Shown here piece after piece: positions 41,820 through 54,607 of a stretch of 64,000 nucleotides of DNA. How positions within the stretch are numbered: the first letter of the stretch is position 1; every line of letters starts with the position of its first letter. A program made the position numbers and the translations under genes. Source of the stretch: Rhodospirillales bacterium (lineage in GTDB: Bacteria; Pseudomonadota; Alphaproteobacteria; Rhodospirillales; UBA2165); contig JAPPFK010000140.1 in assembly GCA_028823885.1 (NCBI GenBank), positions 394 through 64,393 on the forward strand. The letters are read 5' to 3'. The notes beneath the pieces were generated by a model, which worked only from the letters and a program-made list of their open reading frames with translations, made no database searches and was not told where the DNA came from.

Positions 41820-42954
41820 AAAAGTCTTCCCCGACCGGGATACCCTCGCTGATGCTGATTTTCAGCGGTTGCCGGCCGACCACCGTCAAACCGAAGCCAT
41901 CCAGCCCGATGATGGTCCGCTGGGAGTTGGACAGCAGCACCATTTCCCTGACCCCCAGGTCCAGGAGGATCTGCGCGCCGATGCCGTAGTCACGCAAGGT
42001 CGGCGACGAGGGCGACTGGGTTTCCAGGGTGGTGCGTATGCGGTCCGAAAGGACGGTATTGCTGGCATTTCGGATCATCACGATGACCCCCCGCCCCTCC
42101 GCCTCGATCATCTCCATGGCGAGGTGGAGCTCCAGGGTCTTCTCGGCGCTGAAGATGTCATCGAACACGTTGAAGGCATGCATCCGGACCATGACCGGGC
42201 CGGGCGTCGACGGATCGCCCTTGACCAGCGCCAGCTGCTCCACGTCGTTGGCGGTATCCCGGTAGACAATGGTGCGGAATTCATGGCCGGAGATCGTCTT
42301 CAGCGGCGCCTCGATACCCGGCTTGACGATGCGGTCATGCTTCAGCCGGTAGGCAATGAGGTCGGCGATGGTGGCGATTTTGAGCCCGTGGCGCTGGGCG
42401 AACGGCACCAGATCGGGCATCCGCGCCATGGTGCCGTCTTCCCGCATGATCTCGCAAACCACCCCCGACGGCGTCAGTCCGGCGAGCCGCGCGACATCGA
42501 TGGCCGCCTCCGTATGGCCGGCGCGCGCCAGAACGCCGCCGTCGCGCGCCATAAGCGGGAAGATGTGCCCGGGGCTGACGATGTCGTCCTTCCCTTTCGC
42601 CGAGTCGATGGCCGTGGCAATGGTCCGGGCCCGGTCCGGCGCCGAAATTCCCGTGCTGATCCCGTCCCGGGCCTCGATGGATACGGTGAATGCCGTCTGA
42701 TGCCGGGACAGATTGTCACTGGTCATCAACGGCAGACCCAGATCCCGCACCCGATCGGCGGTCATGGCGAGACAGATCAGCCCCCGGCCGTGGGTCGCCA
42801 TGAAGTTGATCGCGTCGGGCGTCGCCATTTGCGCCGGGACAATGAGATCGCCTTCGTTCTCCCGCTCCTCGTCATCGGTCAGGATGAACATTTTGCCGTT
42901 GCGGGCGTCCTCGATGATCTCCTCGATCGAAGACAGGTACTCGGTGTCGGACAC
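41809..42954 (-). CDS. ribB: DHBP synthase with degenerate GTP cyclohydrolase II-like C-terminal domain
   Basis: DDEERENEGDL, TAFTVSIEA, GHTEA and VCEIM motifs; the C-domain lacks the GCHII zinc cysteines. Probable GTG start at 42954. Confidence 0.93.
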   Translation of the reverse strand: MSDTEYLSSIEEIIEDARNGKMFILTDDEERENEGDLIVPAQMATPDAINFMATHGRGLICLAMTADRVRDLGLPLMTSDNLSRHQTAFTVSIEARDGISTGISAPDRARTIATAIDSAKGKDDIVSPGHIFPLMARDGGVLARAGHTEAAIDVARLAGLTPSGVVCEIMREDGTMARMPDLVPFAQRHGLKIATIADLIAYRLKHDRIVKPGIEAPLKTISGHEFRTIVYRDTANDVEQLALVKGDPSTPGPVMVRMHAFNVFDDIFSAEKTLELHLAMEMIEAEGRGVIVMIRNASNTVLSDRIRTTLETQSPSSPTLRDYGIGAQILLDLGVREMVLLSNSQRTIIGLDGFGLTVVGRQPLKISISEGIPVGEDFYGS

Positions 42955-42958
42955 GGGG

Positions 42959-43546
42959 CTATTCCTTTCCCAGGAGGCGGGCAACATAGCGTGCCAAAAG
43001 GTCGATTTCCAGGTTCACGAGATCGCCCTTTTTCCGGGTCCCGAAGGTGGTTACGGACCGGGTGTGGGGGATAATGTTCACCTCGAACCAATCGCCGCCG
43101 GCTTCATTGACGGTCAATGAAACCCCGTCGACGGTGACCGAGCCTTTTTGCGCAACGTAGCGCTTCAGGCCGTCCGGCACTCGAATACGAAAACAGGCCG
43201 AGTCGGAGACCGGCGTGACCGAGAGAATTTCACCGACCCCGTCCACGTGGCCGAGCACCATATGGCCGCCCAGCTCGTCGTCGGCCCGCAATGGCCGTTC
43301 GAAGTTGACCGGCGTTCCCTCGGTCCAGCGGCCGAGCGTGGTAACCCGAAGCGTCTCGCCCGAAACGGTCGCGGCAAACCAGCCCTCGCCCTTTTCGGTT
43401 ACCGTCAGGCACGCGCCGGAGCAGGCGATGGAGGCTCCGATCTCGACGGCGGTCATGTCGTAGCCGGTTTCGAACTCGAACCGGGCGTCTTCGCCGGCCT
43501 CCACGGAACGCACTTTGCCAAGATCGGTCACGATGCCGGTAAACAT
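42959..43546 (-). CDS. ribE: Riboflavin synthase (alpha chain; ribE/ribC)
   Basis: MFTGIV N-terminus; GACLTV, GGHMVLGHVD and GVSLTVN motifs. Confidence 0.96.
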   Translation of the reverse strand: MFTGIVTDLGKVRSVEAGEDARFEFETGYDMTAVEIGASIACSGACLTVTEKGEGWFAATVSGETLRVTTLGRWTEGTPVNFERPLRADDELGGHMVLGHVDGVGEILSVTPVSDSACFRIRVPDGLKRYVAQKGSVTVDGVSLTVNEAGGDWFEVNIIPHTRSVTTFGTRKKGDLVNLEIDLLARYVARLLGKE

Positions 43547-43555
43547 GCAGTTATC

Positions 43556-44656
43556 CTAGTCGGCTGCCGCGCCGCCGACCGGCGCGGCATAGGTTTCCTT
43601 GACGTCCTTCCCGACGGCCTCGACGTCAATCAGCTCGAAGCAAGGCGCGCGGGTCATGTCCTCCAGCCCGAGGGGCCCGAATTGGGCCAATGCGTCTCCG
43701 CCCATCGCCGTCGGGCCTCGGAACACCACCAGGCGGTCGACAAGGCCGGCGTCGAGAAACAATGCCGCAACACCGGCGCCGCCCTCGATCAGCACCCGTG
43801 TCAGTCCCCGCGCCGCGAGAGCCTCGGCCGCCGACCAGGGATCGACCCCCGAGCCGGAACCGGACCGAGGCACCTGTATCACTACAGCGCCACGTTCCCC
43901 GTACGGCGCCAGTTCCGCCTCGGATTTGCCGTCCCCTGTCATGATCCACAACGGCGCTTCCGGCGTGCCTCGAACCAGATTGCAGTCGAGGGGTGTCCGC
44001 AGGTTCGAATCGAGGACGATGCGCGCCTGGCGTCCGGCCTGCGCGCCGGGCAGCCGGCAGGTCAATCGGGGATCGTCGGCGAGCACGGTTCCGATGCCGA
44101 CCAGCGTCGCGTCGTGATCGAGCCGCATTTGGTGTGCGGCCGCGCGGGAGTCCTCGCCGGTGATCCACTTGCTTTGCCCCGACGCCAGGGCGATCCGACC
44201 GTCGATGCTGGTCGCGGACTTGAGCGTAAACAATGGACGCGACCGCGTCCGGGCCAGCAAGTACCCGGCGTTCAGATCGGCCGCCAATTGCGCACAGCAC
44301 CCCTCCTCGACCGATATGCCGGCCTCCCGCAGGCGTTCATGGCCGCCGCCGTCGACCCGGGCATCCGGGTCGCCGATTGCCGCTACGACGCGTGAAATTC
44401 CGGCATCGATCAACGCTTCCGCACAGGGGGGCGTCCCGCCGTGATGCGCACAGGGTTCCAGCGTCACGTAGGCCGTCGCGCCCTTGGCGGCGGGCCCGGC
44501 GCGCCGCAGCGCCTCGGTTTCCGCGTGCGGCCGGCCGCCCGGCTGGGTCCAGCCGCGGCCGACGGCCAGACCATCCTTGACGATGACGCACCCGACGGCG
44601 GGATTGGGCCAAACGTTGCCCAGTCCCCGCCGGGCCAGCGAAAGAGCGGCCCGCAT
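43556..44656 (-). CDS. ribD: Bifunctional deaminase/reductase RibD
   Basis: Start MRAAL at 44656; PNPAVGC, HAE, EPCAHHGGTPPC, SIDGRIA and IEGGA motifs. Confidence 0.95.
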   Translation of the reverse strand: MRAALSLARRGLGNVWPNPAVGCVIVKDGLAVGRGWTQPGGRPHAETEALRRAGPAAKGATAYVTLEPCAHHGGTPPCAEALIDAGISRVVAAIGDPDARVDGGGHERLREAGISVEEGCCAQLAADLNAGYLLARTRSRPLFTLKSATSIDGRIALASGQSKWITGEDSRAAAHQMRLDHDATLVGIGTVLADDPRLTCRLPGAQAGRQARIVLDSNLRTPLDCNLVRGTPEAPLWIMTGDGKSEAELAPYGERGAVVIQVPRSGSGSGVDPWSAAEALAARGLTRVLIEGGAGVAALFLDAGLVDRLVVFRGPTAMGGDALAQFGPLGLEDMTRAPCFELIDVEAVGKDVKETYAAPVGGAAAD

Positions 44657-44696
44657 GTACGAAACGTCTTGGGAGGTAAAGGCGCGATTTCCCGGT

Positions 44697-45149
44697 TTAG
44701 TCGTCGCCCAATGTTCCGACGAAATCCTCGAAATCCTTTGCTTCGCGGAAGTTCCGATAGACCGAGGCGAACCTGACGTAGGCCACCTGATCCAAGTCGG
44801 CCAGAACGTCCATGACGATCTCGCCGATGACCTTGGACGGCACTTCGGTCTCTCCCAGGCTTTCCAGCCGCCGCTGGATGGAATTGACGATGCGTTCGAT
44901 CTGATCCTCGTCAACAGGGCGTTTTTGCAGCGCGACCCGCAGGGACCGCGTGAGCTTCTCGCGATCGAAGAGTTCTTTTTTGCCGTCCTTTTTGATCACG
45001 CTGATCTCGCGCAGCTGAACGCGCTCCATTGTCGTCCACCGGGCGCCGCATTCAGGGCACGATCGTCTCCGGCGGATTACCGAGTTGTCCTCGGTGGGAC
45101 GGGAGTCCTTCACCTGGGTGTCGTTATGACCGCAAAATGGGCAACGCAT
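44697..45149 (-). CDS. nrdR: Transcriptional repressor NrdR
   Basis: [22 protein letters not shown] cone and [11 protein letters not shown]. Confidence 0.97.
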   Translation of the reverse strand: MRCPFCGHNDTQVKDSRPTEDNSVIRRRRSCPECGARWTTMERVQLREISVIKKDGKKELFDREKLTRSLRVALQKRPVDEDQIERIVNSIQRRLESLGETEVPSKVIGEIVMDVLADLDQVAYVRFASVYRNFREAKDFEDFVGTLGDD

Positions 45150-45184
45150 GATTCAAAACCCCCTGAAGGCCTAAGCGCTAACGG

Positions 45185-46498
45185 TTAGAGGCCCGGATAA
45201 ATCGGGAAACGGGCGCACAGTTCGGAAACCTCGGCCCGGACCCGCTTCTCGACGGCTTCGTTTCCTTCGGGTCCGTTCCCGGCAAGTCCGTCGAGAACCT
45301 CGGCGATGAGTTCACCGACCTGGCGGAACTCGCCGGGACCAAACCCGCGGGTTGTTCCGGCCGGTGCCCCCAGCCGTATGCCCGAGGTGACCATCGGCTT
45401 CTCCGGGTCGAAGGGAATGGCGTTTTTGTTGCAGGTAATCCCTGCCCGTCCGAGACTGTCTTCGGTGATGTCGCCGGTCAGCCCCTTGGGCCGCAAATCC
45501 ACCAGCATCAGGTGCGTATCGGTGCCGCCGGAGACGATGTCGCATCCCCGCTCGGACAGGACGGACGCCAGTGTCTTGGCGTTCTCGACAACGGCCTGGG
45601 CGTAGCTCTTGAAGTCGGGACGCAGGGCCTCGCCAAAGGCGACGGCCTTGGCCGCGATCACATGCATCAGCGGCCCGCCCTGCAGGCCCGGGAAGATAGC
45701 CGAGTTGATCTTTTTGATGATGTCGGCGTCGTTGGTCAGGATCATGCCGCCGCGAGGCCCCCGCAGCGTCTTGTGGGTGGTCGTGGTGGCGATATGGGCG
45801 TGGGGAAACGGGCTCGGATGAACGCCGGCCGCGACCAGGCCGGCGAAATGGGCCATGTCGACCATCAACAGGGCGCCGGCCTCGTCGGCGATCGCGCGAA
45901 AGCGCTCGAAATCGATGATCCGCGGATAGGCCGAGCCGCCGGCCAGAATCATCTTCGGCCGATGCTCTTTGGCCAGCGCCTCGACCTCGTCGAAATCGAT
46001 CAGGGCGTCCTGCTTCCTGACGCCATACTGGACGGCATCGAACCATTTGCCCGACAGATTGGGTTTCGCGCCATGGGTCAGATGCCCGCCCGCCGCCAGC
46101 GACATACCGAGGATGGTATCGCCCGGCTGCAGGAGCGCCAGCATCACGCCTTGATTTGCCTGGCTGCCCGAGTGCGGCTGGACGTTGGCAAAGGCGCAGC
46201 CGAACAATTTTGCCGCGCGCTCGATGGCAATTTCCTCGGCCACATCCACATGCTCGCAGCCGCCGTAGTAGCGGCGGCCGGGGTAGCCTTCGGCATACTT
46301 GTTCGTCAGAACCGACCCTTGGGCCTCCAGAACCGCACGGGAGACAATGTTTTCGGACGCGATCAACTCTATCCGGTCCTGTTGGCGCGCAAGCTCTGCC
46401 CGAACCGAGTTGAATACATCCGGATCGCTGTCACCGATCCCCTCCCCGAAAAACGCCGTCATCCGGGAGGCGGCCGAATTGGCGCTCGCTACGGTCAT
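45185..46498 (-). CDS. glyA: Serine hydroxymethyltransferase
   Basis: [37 protein letters not shown] and GLQGGP motifs. Confidence 0.97.
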   Translation of the reverse strand: MTVASANSAASRMTAFFGEGIGDSDPDVFNSVRAELARQQDRIELIASENIVSRAVLEAQGSVLTNKYAEGYPGRRYYGGCEHVDVAEEIAIERAAKLFGCAFANVQPHSGSQANQGVMLALLQPGDTILGMSLAAGGHLTHGAKPNLSGKWFDAVQYGVRKQDALIDFDEVEALAKEHRPKMILAGGSAYPRIIDFERFRAIADEAGALLMVDMAHFAGLVAAGVHPSPFPHAHIATTTTHKTLRGPRGGMILTNDADIIKKINSAIFPGLQGGPLMHVIAAKAVAFGEALRPDFKSYAQAVVENAKTLASVLSERGCDIVSGGTDTHLMLVDLRPKGLTGDITEDSLGRAGITCNKNAIPFDPEKPMVTSGIRLGAPAGTTRGFGPGEFRQVGELIAEVLDGLAGNGPEGNEAVEKRVRAEVSELCARFPIYPGL

Positions 46499-46898
46499 CC
46501 AGTGAAATCCTTCCTCGGCTATTCAGCGGTGAATCCTGTGAACACAGGCCCAAAATGGCGCCATGCAATACCATATATCGGAAGGCCTTGCCAACCGAAC
46601 ACTAGGGGTCGCGGGGAAGCCAATATTTTGCCGATTGGGGCAATATTCGAAAATTCGAAGGTCACGGCGCGCCGGAGTTGGCCAGGGATGCCAAGGGACA
46701 CAGAGACCGACCGGCGGGAGACCAAAAGACAGGCAATTATATGAGACGATTGTCGATGGAGCATTACCAGCCGCCTGCCAGCGATTATTGTATTCTATTG
46801 CACTAATACACCGTGGTTTTTGTTGTTTCGCGATCGAACTGCCGCTAACGTCGTCGGGAACAGTCAGATAAATTATAAATTGCTCTGGAGCGGAAACG

Positions 46899-47342
46899 AT
46901 GAGCGACAGTGACTCGCGGGACGTCGATCGCGGCGAAATTCTGCGGATGGCGGTTGAAGTGGTCTCGTCCTACGTCGGCCGCAATCAGATCGCCGGGGAC
47001 CAAATTCCCGAACTCATCAACACGGTTTACCGTTCGATGGCGGGTCTGGCGAACCCGGACGGCCGCGAGGACCAGGAAGTCTCCAAACCAGCGGTCGCCG
47101 TACGGCGCTCGATCACACCCGACTACATCATTTGCCTGGAAGACGGCAAAAGGCTGAAGATGCTCAAGCGGCACCTCCGGACGACATACGGAATGACGCC
47201 CGAGGAATATCGGGCCAAATGGAAGCTGCCGCACGACTACCCGATGGTCGCGCCCAACTATGCCAAGCAGCGTTCGGAGTTCGCCAAGAACATCGGTCTC
47301 GGCAGGAAATCCGGCCGCCCCAAATCCCGAAAAAGCGCATAA
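46899..47342 (+). CDS. mucR: MucR/Ros family nucleoid-associated regulator
   Basis: VVSSYV, PAVAVRRSITPDYIICLEDG, LKRHL and YPMVAPNY motifs. Confidence 0.94.
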   Translation: MSDSDSRDVDRGEILRMAVEVVSSYVGRNQIAGDQIPELINTVYRSMAGLANPDGREDQEVSKPAVAVRRSITPDYIICLEDGKRLKMLKRHLRTTYGMTPEEYRAKWKLPHDYPMVAPNYAKQRSEFAKNIGLGRKSGRPKSRKSA

Positions 47343-47403
47343 AGCCGACCCGTGCTAAGGTGATGGTCCGGTTGTCGGGCTAATTGCGGCGGGGCATGTA
47401 TTC

Positions 47404-48173
<770 letters not shown>

Positions 48174-48177
<4 letters not shown>

Positions 48178-48881
48178 CGGTGGTCCTGAAGGTTGCCGAT
48201 GTCCGCGGCGGCTATGGCGGCGCCGACATTCTCAACGGAACCGACCTCAAGCTCGACGAAGGGGAAATCGTCGTCATCATCGGGCCGAACGGGGCCGGCA
48301 AGTCCACCCTCATGAAAGCCGTGTTCGGGCTGGCCACGATCCGGTCCGGCAGCGTCTCTTTTTTTGACCGGGCCATCACCGGCATGCGGGCGGACCAGGT
48401 CGCCAAACTGGGAATGAGCTACGTGCCTCAGGAGCGCAATGTCTTCGCCTCTCTGACGGTAAACGAGAACCTGGAGATGGGCGCTTATCTCCGGGACGAT
48501 GATTTCGGACCTCAGATCGAGCGGATCTACGAGCTTTTCCCGCCCCTCAGGGAACGCCGCCGGCAACAGGCCGGCACGCTGTCGGGCGGCGAACGGCAGA
48601 TGCTCGCCATGGGCCGGGCGCTGATGCTCGATCCGAAACTCCTGCTGCTGGACGAACCGACGGCGGCGCTGTCACCCCGCTATGCCGCCGAGACCTTCGA
48701 GCGGATCAGGGAAATCAACGCTCTCGGCATCACCATCCTGATGGTCGAGCAGAACGCCCGTCAGGCGCTGGAGCATGCCGATCGCGGCGTCGTGCTGGTG
48801 ATGGGCGAAAACCGGTTCGAGGCGCCGGGACCGGAACTTCTGGCCAACCGGGAGGTGGCCGAAATGTATTTGGGGGGATGA
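48174..48881 (+). CDS. ABC transporter ATP-binding protein, LivF-like
   Basis: ATG 48174 overlaps the upstream stop; GPNGAGKST, LSGGERQMLAMGRAL and VEQN motifs. Confidence 0.92.
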
Positions 48882-48887
48882 GCGAAA

Positions 48888-49748
48888 TTGACCGATCTCC
48901 TTCAGCTCCTGGTCTTCGGGATCGTGTTCGGCAGCATCCTGACTCTCGGCGCCATCGGCGTGTCGCTGATCTTCGGGATCCTCCGCTTCGCTCATTTCGC
49001 CCACGGCGACATGATGACGGTCGGCGCCTACTTCGCCCTGGTTTTCGTCGTGCAGGCAGGCTGGCCCATCTACATGGCGCTGCCGGCGGCGATGATCGGC
49101 GCGGCAGTCCTCGCGATCCTGATCGACCAGTCGGTTTACCGGAGGTTACGGCGCACCGCGCCGGTGATCCTGCTGATTTCGTCCTTCGGCATGGCGCTGC
49201 TGCTCCGCGCCGCGGCGCAGCTCATCTGGGGCACGGACAACCAGGTCTATCAGCCGGGCATCAACGTGCCTTACGTGGTCTTCGACATCCGCATCAAGCC
49301 GGACCATCTGGTGATCGTCGGCGCCTCGGTCATCCTGGTGTTCGCGTTCCACCTGTTCCTCAAGATGACGCGCATGGGCAAAGCCATGCGGGCGATGAGC
49401 GACAACGTCGATCTGGCACGGGTCAGCGGCATCGACAGCGAGCGGGTGGTGATCTGGACCTGGGTCATCGGCGGCGCGCTGGCCGCGGCGGCGGGCGTCT
49501 TGCTGGCGCTCGATACGCGGCTCAATCCACAGCTTGGCTGGAACGTCCTGCTTCCCATCTTCGCGGCGACCATCGTCGGCGGCATCGGCCGGGTCTACGG
49601 CGCCATCGCCGGCGGCATGTTCATCGGCATCGCGACCGAACTCTCCACGGCGGTTCTCCTGCCGGCCTATAAGCCGGCGGTGGCGTTCACCCTGATGGTG
49701 CTGGTGCTGATTTTGCGGCCCCAGGGACTGGTGAGGGGCATGAACTGA
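48888..49748 (+). CDS. ABC transporter permease, LivH-like
   Basis: TTG start; FAHGDMM, GKAMRA and GGIG motifs. Confidence 0.9.
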   Translation: MTDLLQLLVFGIVFGSILTLGAIGVSLIFGILRFAHFAHGDMMTVGAYFALVFVVQAGWPIYMALPAAMIGAAVLAILIDQSVYRRLRRTAPVILLISSFGMALLLRAAAQLIWGTDNQVYQPGINVPYVVFDIRIKPDHLVIVGASVILVFAFHLFLKMTRMGKAMRAMSDNVDLARVSGIDSERVVIWTWVIGGALAAAAGVLLALDTRLNPQLGWNVLLPIFAATIVGGIGRVYGAIAGGMFIGIATELSTAVLLPAYKPAVAFTLMVLVLILRPQGLVRGMN

Positions 49749-50683
49749 TGGAACTCGGCGGCATCATCGAATACGGCCTGTTTTTCCTGAGTTTTGTCGG
49801 GATCTACGCCCTTCTCAGCCTCGGGCTCAACCTGCAATGGGGCCTGACGGGCCAGTTCAATATCGGCATCGCCGGCTTTTTCGCCGTCGGCGCCTATACC
49901 AGCGCCATCCTGACCACGGCGCCGAGCCCCCATCATCTCGGCGGCTTCGGCATGCCCCTGGCTGTCGGGCTCGTCTTCGCCATGGTGTTGGCCGGGCTGG
50001 TCGCCGTGCTCGTGGGCCTGCTGACGGTCCGCCTCAGGACCGACTATCTGGCCATCGCCACCATCGGCATCGCCGAGATCATTCGCCTGGGGCTGAAAAA
50101 CGAGGAATGGCTGACCAACGGGGTCCGGGGCATCCCCGGAATCCCCCGCCCCTTCGCCGAGACCCTCGGGCAGAGCGATGGGGTGTTCCTGCTGGTCGTC
50201 GTGGTGCTGATCCTGATGGTCTACCTCGCCCTCGAGGCGGCACGGCGCTCCCCGTGGGGGCGGGTGTTGCGGGCCATCCGCGAGAACGAGGACGGCGTGC
50301 GCGCGGCCGGCAAACACATCGAGCGGTTCCGCCTCGAAGCGTTTGTCGTCGGCTCCATGATCATGGGCCTCGGCGGCGCCCTTTTCGCGCACTTCGTGGG
50401 CTTTATCAGTCCCGAGGCCTTCACGCCGGAATTCGCGACCTTCCTCGTCTGGGTGATGCTGATCGCCGGCGGGAGCGGCAACAACAAGGGCGCGGTCCTC
50501 GGGGCATTGATCATCTGGCTGGTCTGGACCGGCACCGAGTTCCTCACCAGCATGGCGCCGCCCGAATACGTGACCCAGGCCGGCGCCCTCAGGCTCCTGA
50601 TGATCGGGATATTGGTGCAGGTGATCCTGCTGGTCCGGCCGGACGGCCTGTTGCCCGAAGAGACCGCCGACCGCACAAAATAA
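49748..50683 (+). CDS. ABC transporter permease, LivM-like
   Basis: GQFNIG, LRTDYLAIAT, GRVLRAIRE and GGSGN motifs. Confidence 0.9.
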   Translation: MELGGIIEYGLFFLSFVGIYALLSLGLNLQWGLTGQFNIGIAGFFAVGAYTSAILTTAPSPHHLGGFGMPLAVGLVFAMVLAGLVAVLVGLLTVRLRTDYLAIATIGIAEIIRLGLKNEEWLTNGVRGIPGIPRPFAETLGQSDGVFLLVVVVLILMVYLALEAARRSPWGRVLRAIRENEDGVRAAGKHIERFRLEAFVVGSMIMGLGGALFAHFVGFISPEAFTPEFATFLVWVMLIAGGSGNNKGAVLGALIIWLVWTGTEFLTSMAPPEYVTQAGALRLLMIGILVQVILLVRPDGLLPEETADRTK

Positions 50684-50710
50684 AAGCGGCCCGCCGAAGC
50701 GGACCGCTTT
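50683..50710. terminator. Bidirectional terminator-like hairpin between the permease operon and the SBP gene
   Basis: AAAGCGGcCCGC-CGAA-GCGGaCCGCTTT between convergent genes. Confidence 0.7.
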
Positions 50711-50753
50711 CATTGTTCGCCCGACATGGATTTATCCGGGGCTTATCCGGGAT

Positions 50754-51959
50754 TTATTTGGGCTCGAACACCTTCTTCGTGACGATCTTGCCGCCTTCGA
50801 TCTCCCAGTGGCCGTAGGTGCCCGCAACGTCGCCGTTCTTGTCGATGTTCTGGGGCCCGGAGGCGCCGACATAGTCGATATCCTCGCCCGCCTTGATGGC
50901 CTTCACCGCTTCGGCGAACTGGCCCGGACCCACCTTCTTGCCGGGCGGGTTGGCGACCGAGCGCAGCGCATCGCGGATCGCCTTGGGGTCGTTGGTGCCC
51001 GCCTTGACGGCCGCGAGGCCGGCAAGAATTGTGGCGTCATAGGCGCTGTCGATGAACGGCCGCGGCGGCAGTTCTCCGTACTTCTTCTCGTACAATTTTC
51101 GGAAGTTGTCCTGGGCCGCGCTTTTGGATTCCGGCGCCGTGGCGTAGGTGCCGTTCAGGAACCGGGCGCCGATCGCCTCGATCAGCTTCTCGTGCTTCAT
51201 CCCGTCGGTGAAGACGAACTTGTCGAAGAAGCCGCCTTCGAGGCTCTGTTTGATGATCGGAATGCCGTCTTCGGGGTAGGCGATCAACAGCAGGCGCTCC
51301 GGCTTGCCCTTCGCCGCTTTTTGGATTTCGCCCCGGTAGGATGCCTGTTTCTCTTCATAGCCGATGGACGCGACCACCTTGCCCTTGAAGTTCTTGGAGA
51401 ACGCCTCGGCCAGGCCTTTGCCGTAGTCATTGTTGACGTAGATGATGCTGACCGATTTCAGGTTCTTCTCGGCCGCCACCTGGGCCAGCGCGATGCCTTG
51501 CACGGCGTCCGTCGGAACGGTCCGGAACAGGAAGTCGTTATCGGCCAGGCCGGTGATGACCGGCGACGTGGAGGCGCTCGATATTTGCGTCACGCCCGAC
51601 TTGCTGGTGACCGAACTGGCGATCGGGATGGTGACGCCGCTGGACAATGCGCCGATGACCGCCTGGACCTTGTCCACGGACACCAATCGCTTGGCCGCGT
51701 CGACGCCGGCCTGCGGCGAAGTCTGGGTATCGCCGACGCTGAGCGCCACCTTGCCGCCATTGACGCCGCCCGCGGCATTCATTTCGTCGACGGCCAGTTT
51801 GACGCCGTTGAGCGACGCCCCGCCATAGGCCTGCAGGCCGCCGGTCATAGGCATGAGCGCGCCCAGTTTCAGGCCCTCGGCCTGAGCCTGGGTTGCCGGT
51901 CCGGCAGCCACCGCAACGGCGACCAACGCGATACCGGCCATGCGTGAAATTTGAACCAT
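50754..51959 (-). CDS. ABC substrate-binding protein, Liv/PBP1 type
   Basis: Signal peptide AQA-E; LKLGALMPMTG, FLFRT and YDA motifs; probable start MVQISR at 51959. Confidence 0.9.
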   Translation of the reverse strand: MVQISRMAGIALVAVAVAAGPATQAQAEGLKLGALMPMTGGLQAYGGASLNGVKLAVDEMNAAGGVNGGKVALSVGDTQTSPQAGVDAAKRLVSVDKVQAVIGALSSGVTIPIASSVTSKSGVTQISSASTSPVITGLADNDFLFRTVPTDAVQGIALAQVAAEKNLKSVSIIYVNNDYGKGLAEAFSKNFKGKVVASIGYEEKQASYRGEIQKAAKGKPERLLLIAYPEDGIPIIKQSLEGGFFDKFVFTDGMKHEKLIEAIGARFLNGTYATAPESKSAAQDNFRKLYEKKYGELPPRPFIDSAYDATILAGLAAVKAGTNDPKAIRDALRSVANPPGKKVGPGQFAEAVKAIKAGEDIDYVGASGPQNIDKNGDVAGTYGHWEIEGGKIVTKKVFEPK

Positions 51960-52276
51960 GTTTCCTCCTAACGATTCATGGGTTTCATGGGTCATGACAG
52001 AAAAACTCTACTCGGGGCGTGAACGGGGTGCAACGCCCGACAACGGCTGGGCATCCAATTGATCAGCAATATGACGAGCGAGGAGGGCCAATTTTTTTCC
52101 CGCGGTCCGGCGCGTCGTTCCTGTCGTCCCATCCAATGCCTGCGGCAGTGGTGTCTTGACACATGATGAACCGCCGTGGTCATTGGCTGCTCATCGGGCA
52201 GCAAATCAGCCTGCCGTTTCGCTGGCGCAGGGTAAATCCGCGTCATTGACCATCAAGGAAGAGGACCAGAGAAAAA

Positions 52277-54582
<2,306 letters not shown>

Positions 54583-54607
54583 TTCCCGGGTGTGGCGTTC
54601 GACGCGG

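Noticed and set aside
44657-44700. FMN riboswitch for the rib operon
   Set aside because: ribD starts 40 bp after nrdR, which leaves no room, and no RFN motif is seen.
46519-46871. 81-102 aa ORFs between glyA and mucR
   Set aside because: They show no family motifs or convincing RBS, overlap each other in antisense, and sit in a divergent promoter region.
52014-52260. SAM-II/SAM-V riboswitch call upstream of metY
   Set aside because: There are fragments (TGCAA-CGCCCG on +, GCTGATTTG...GCAGCC on -), but the required GAUUU...AAAU..GCUAAA order is not present on the metY strand.
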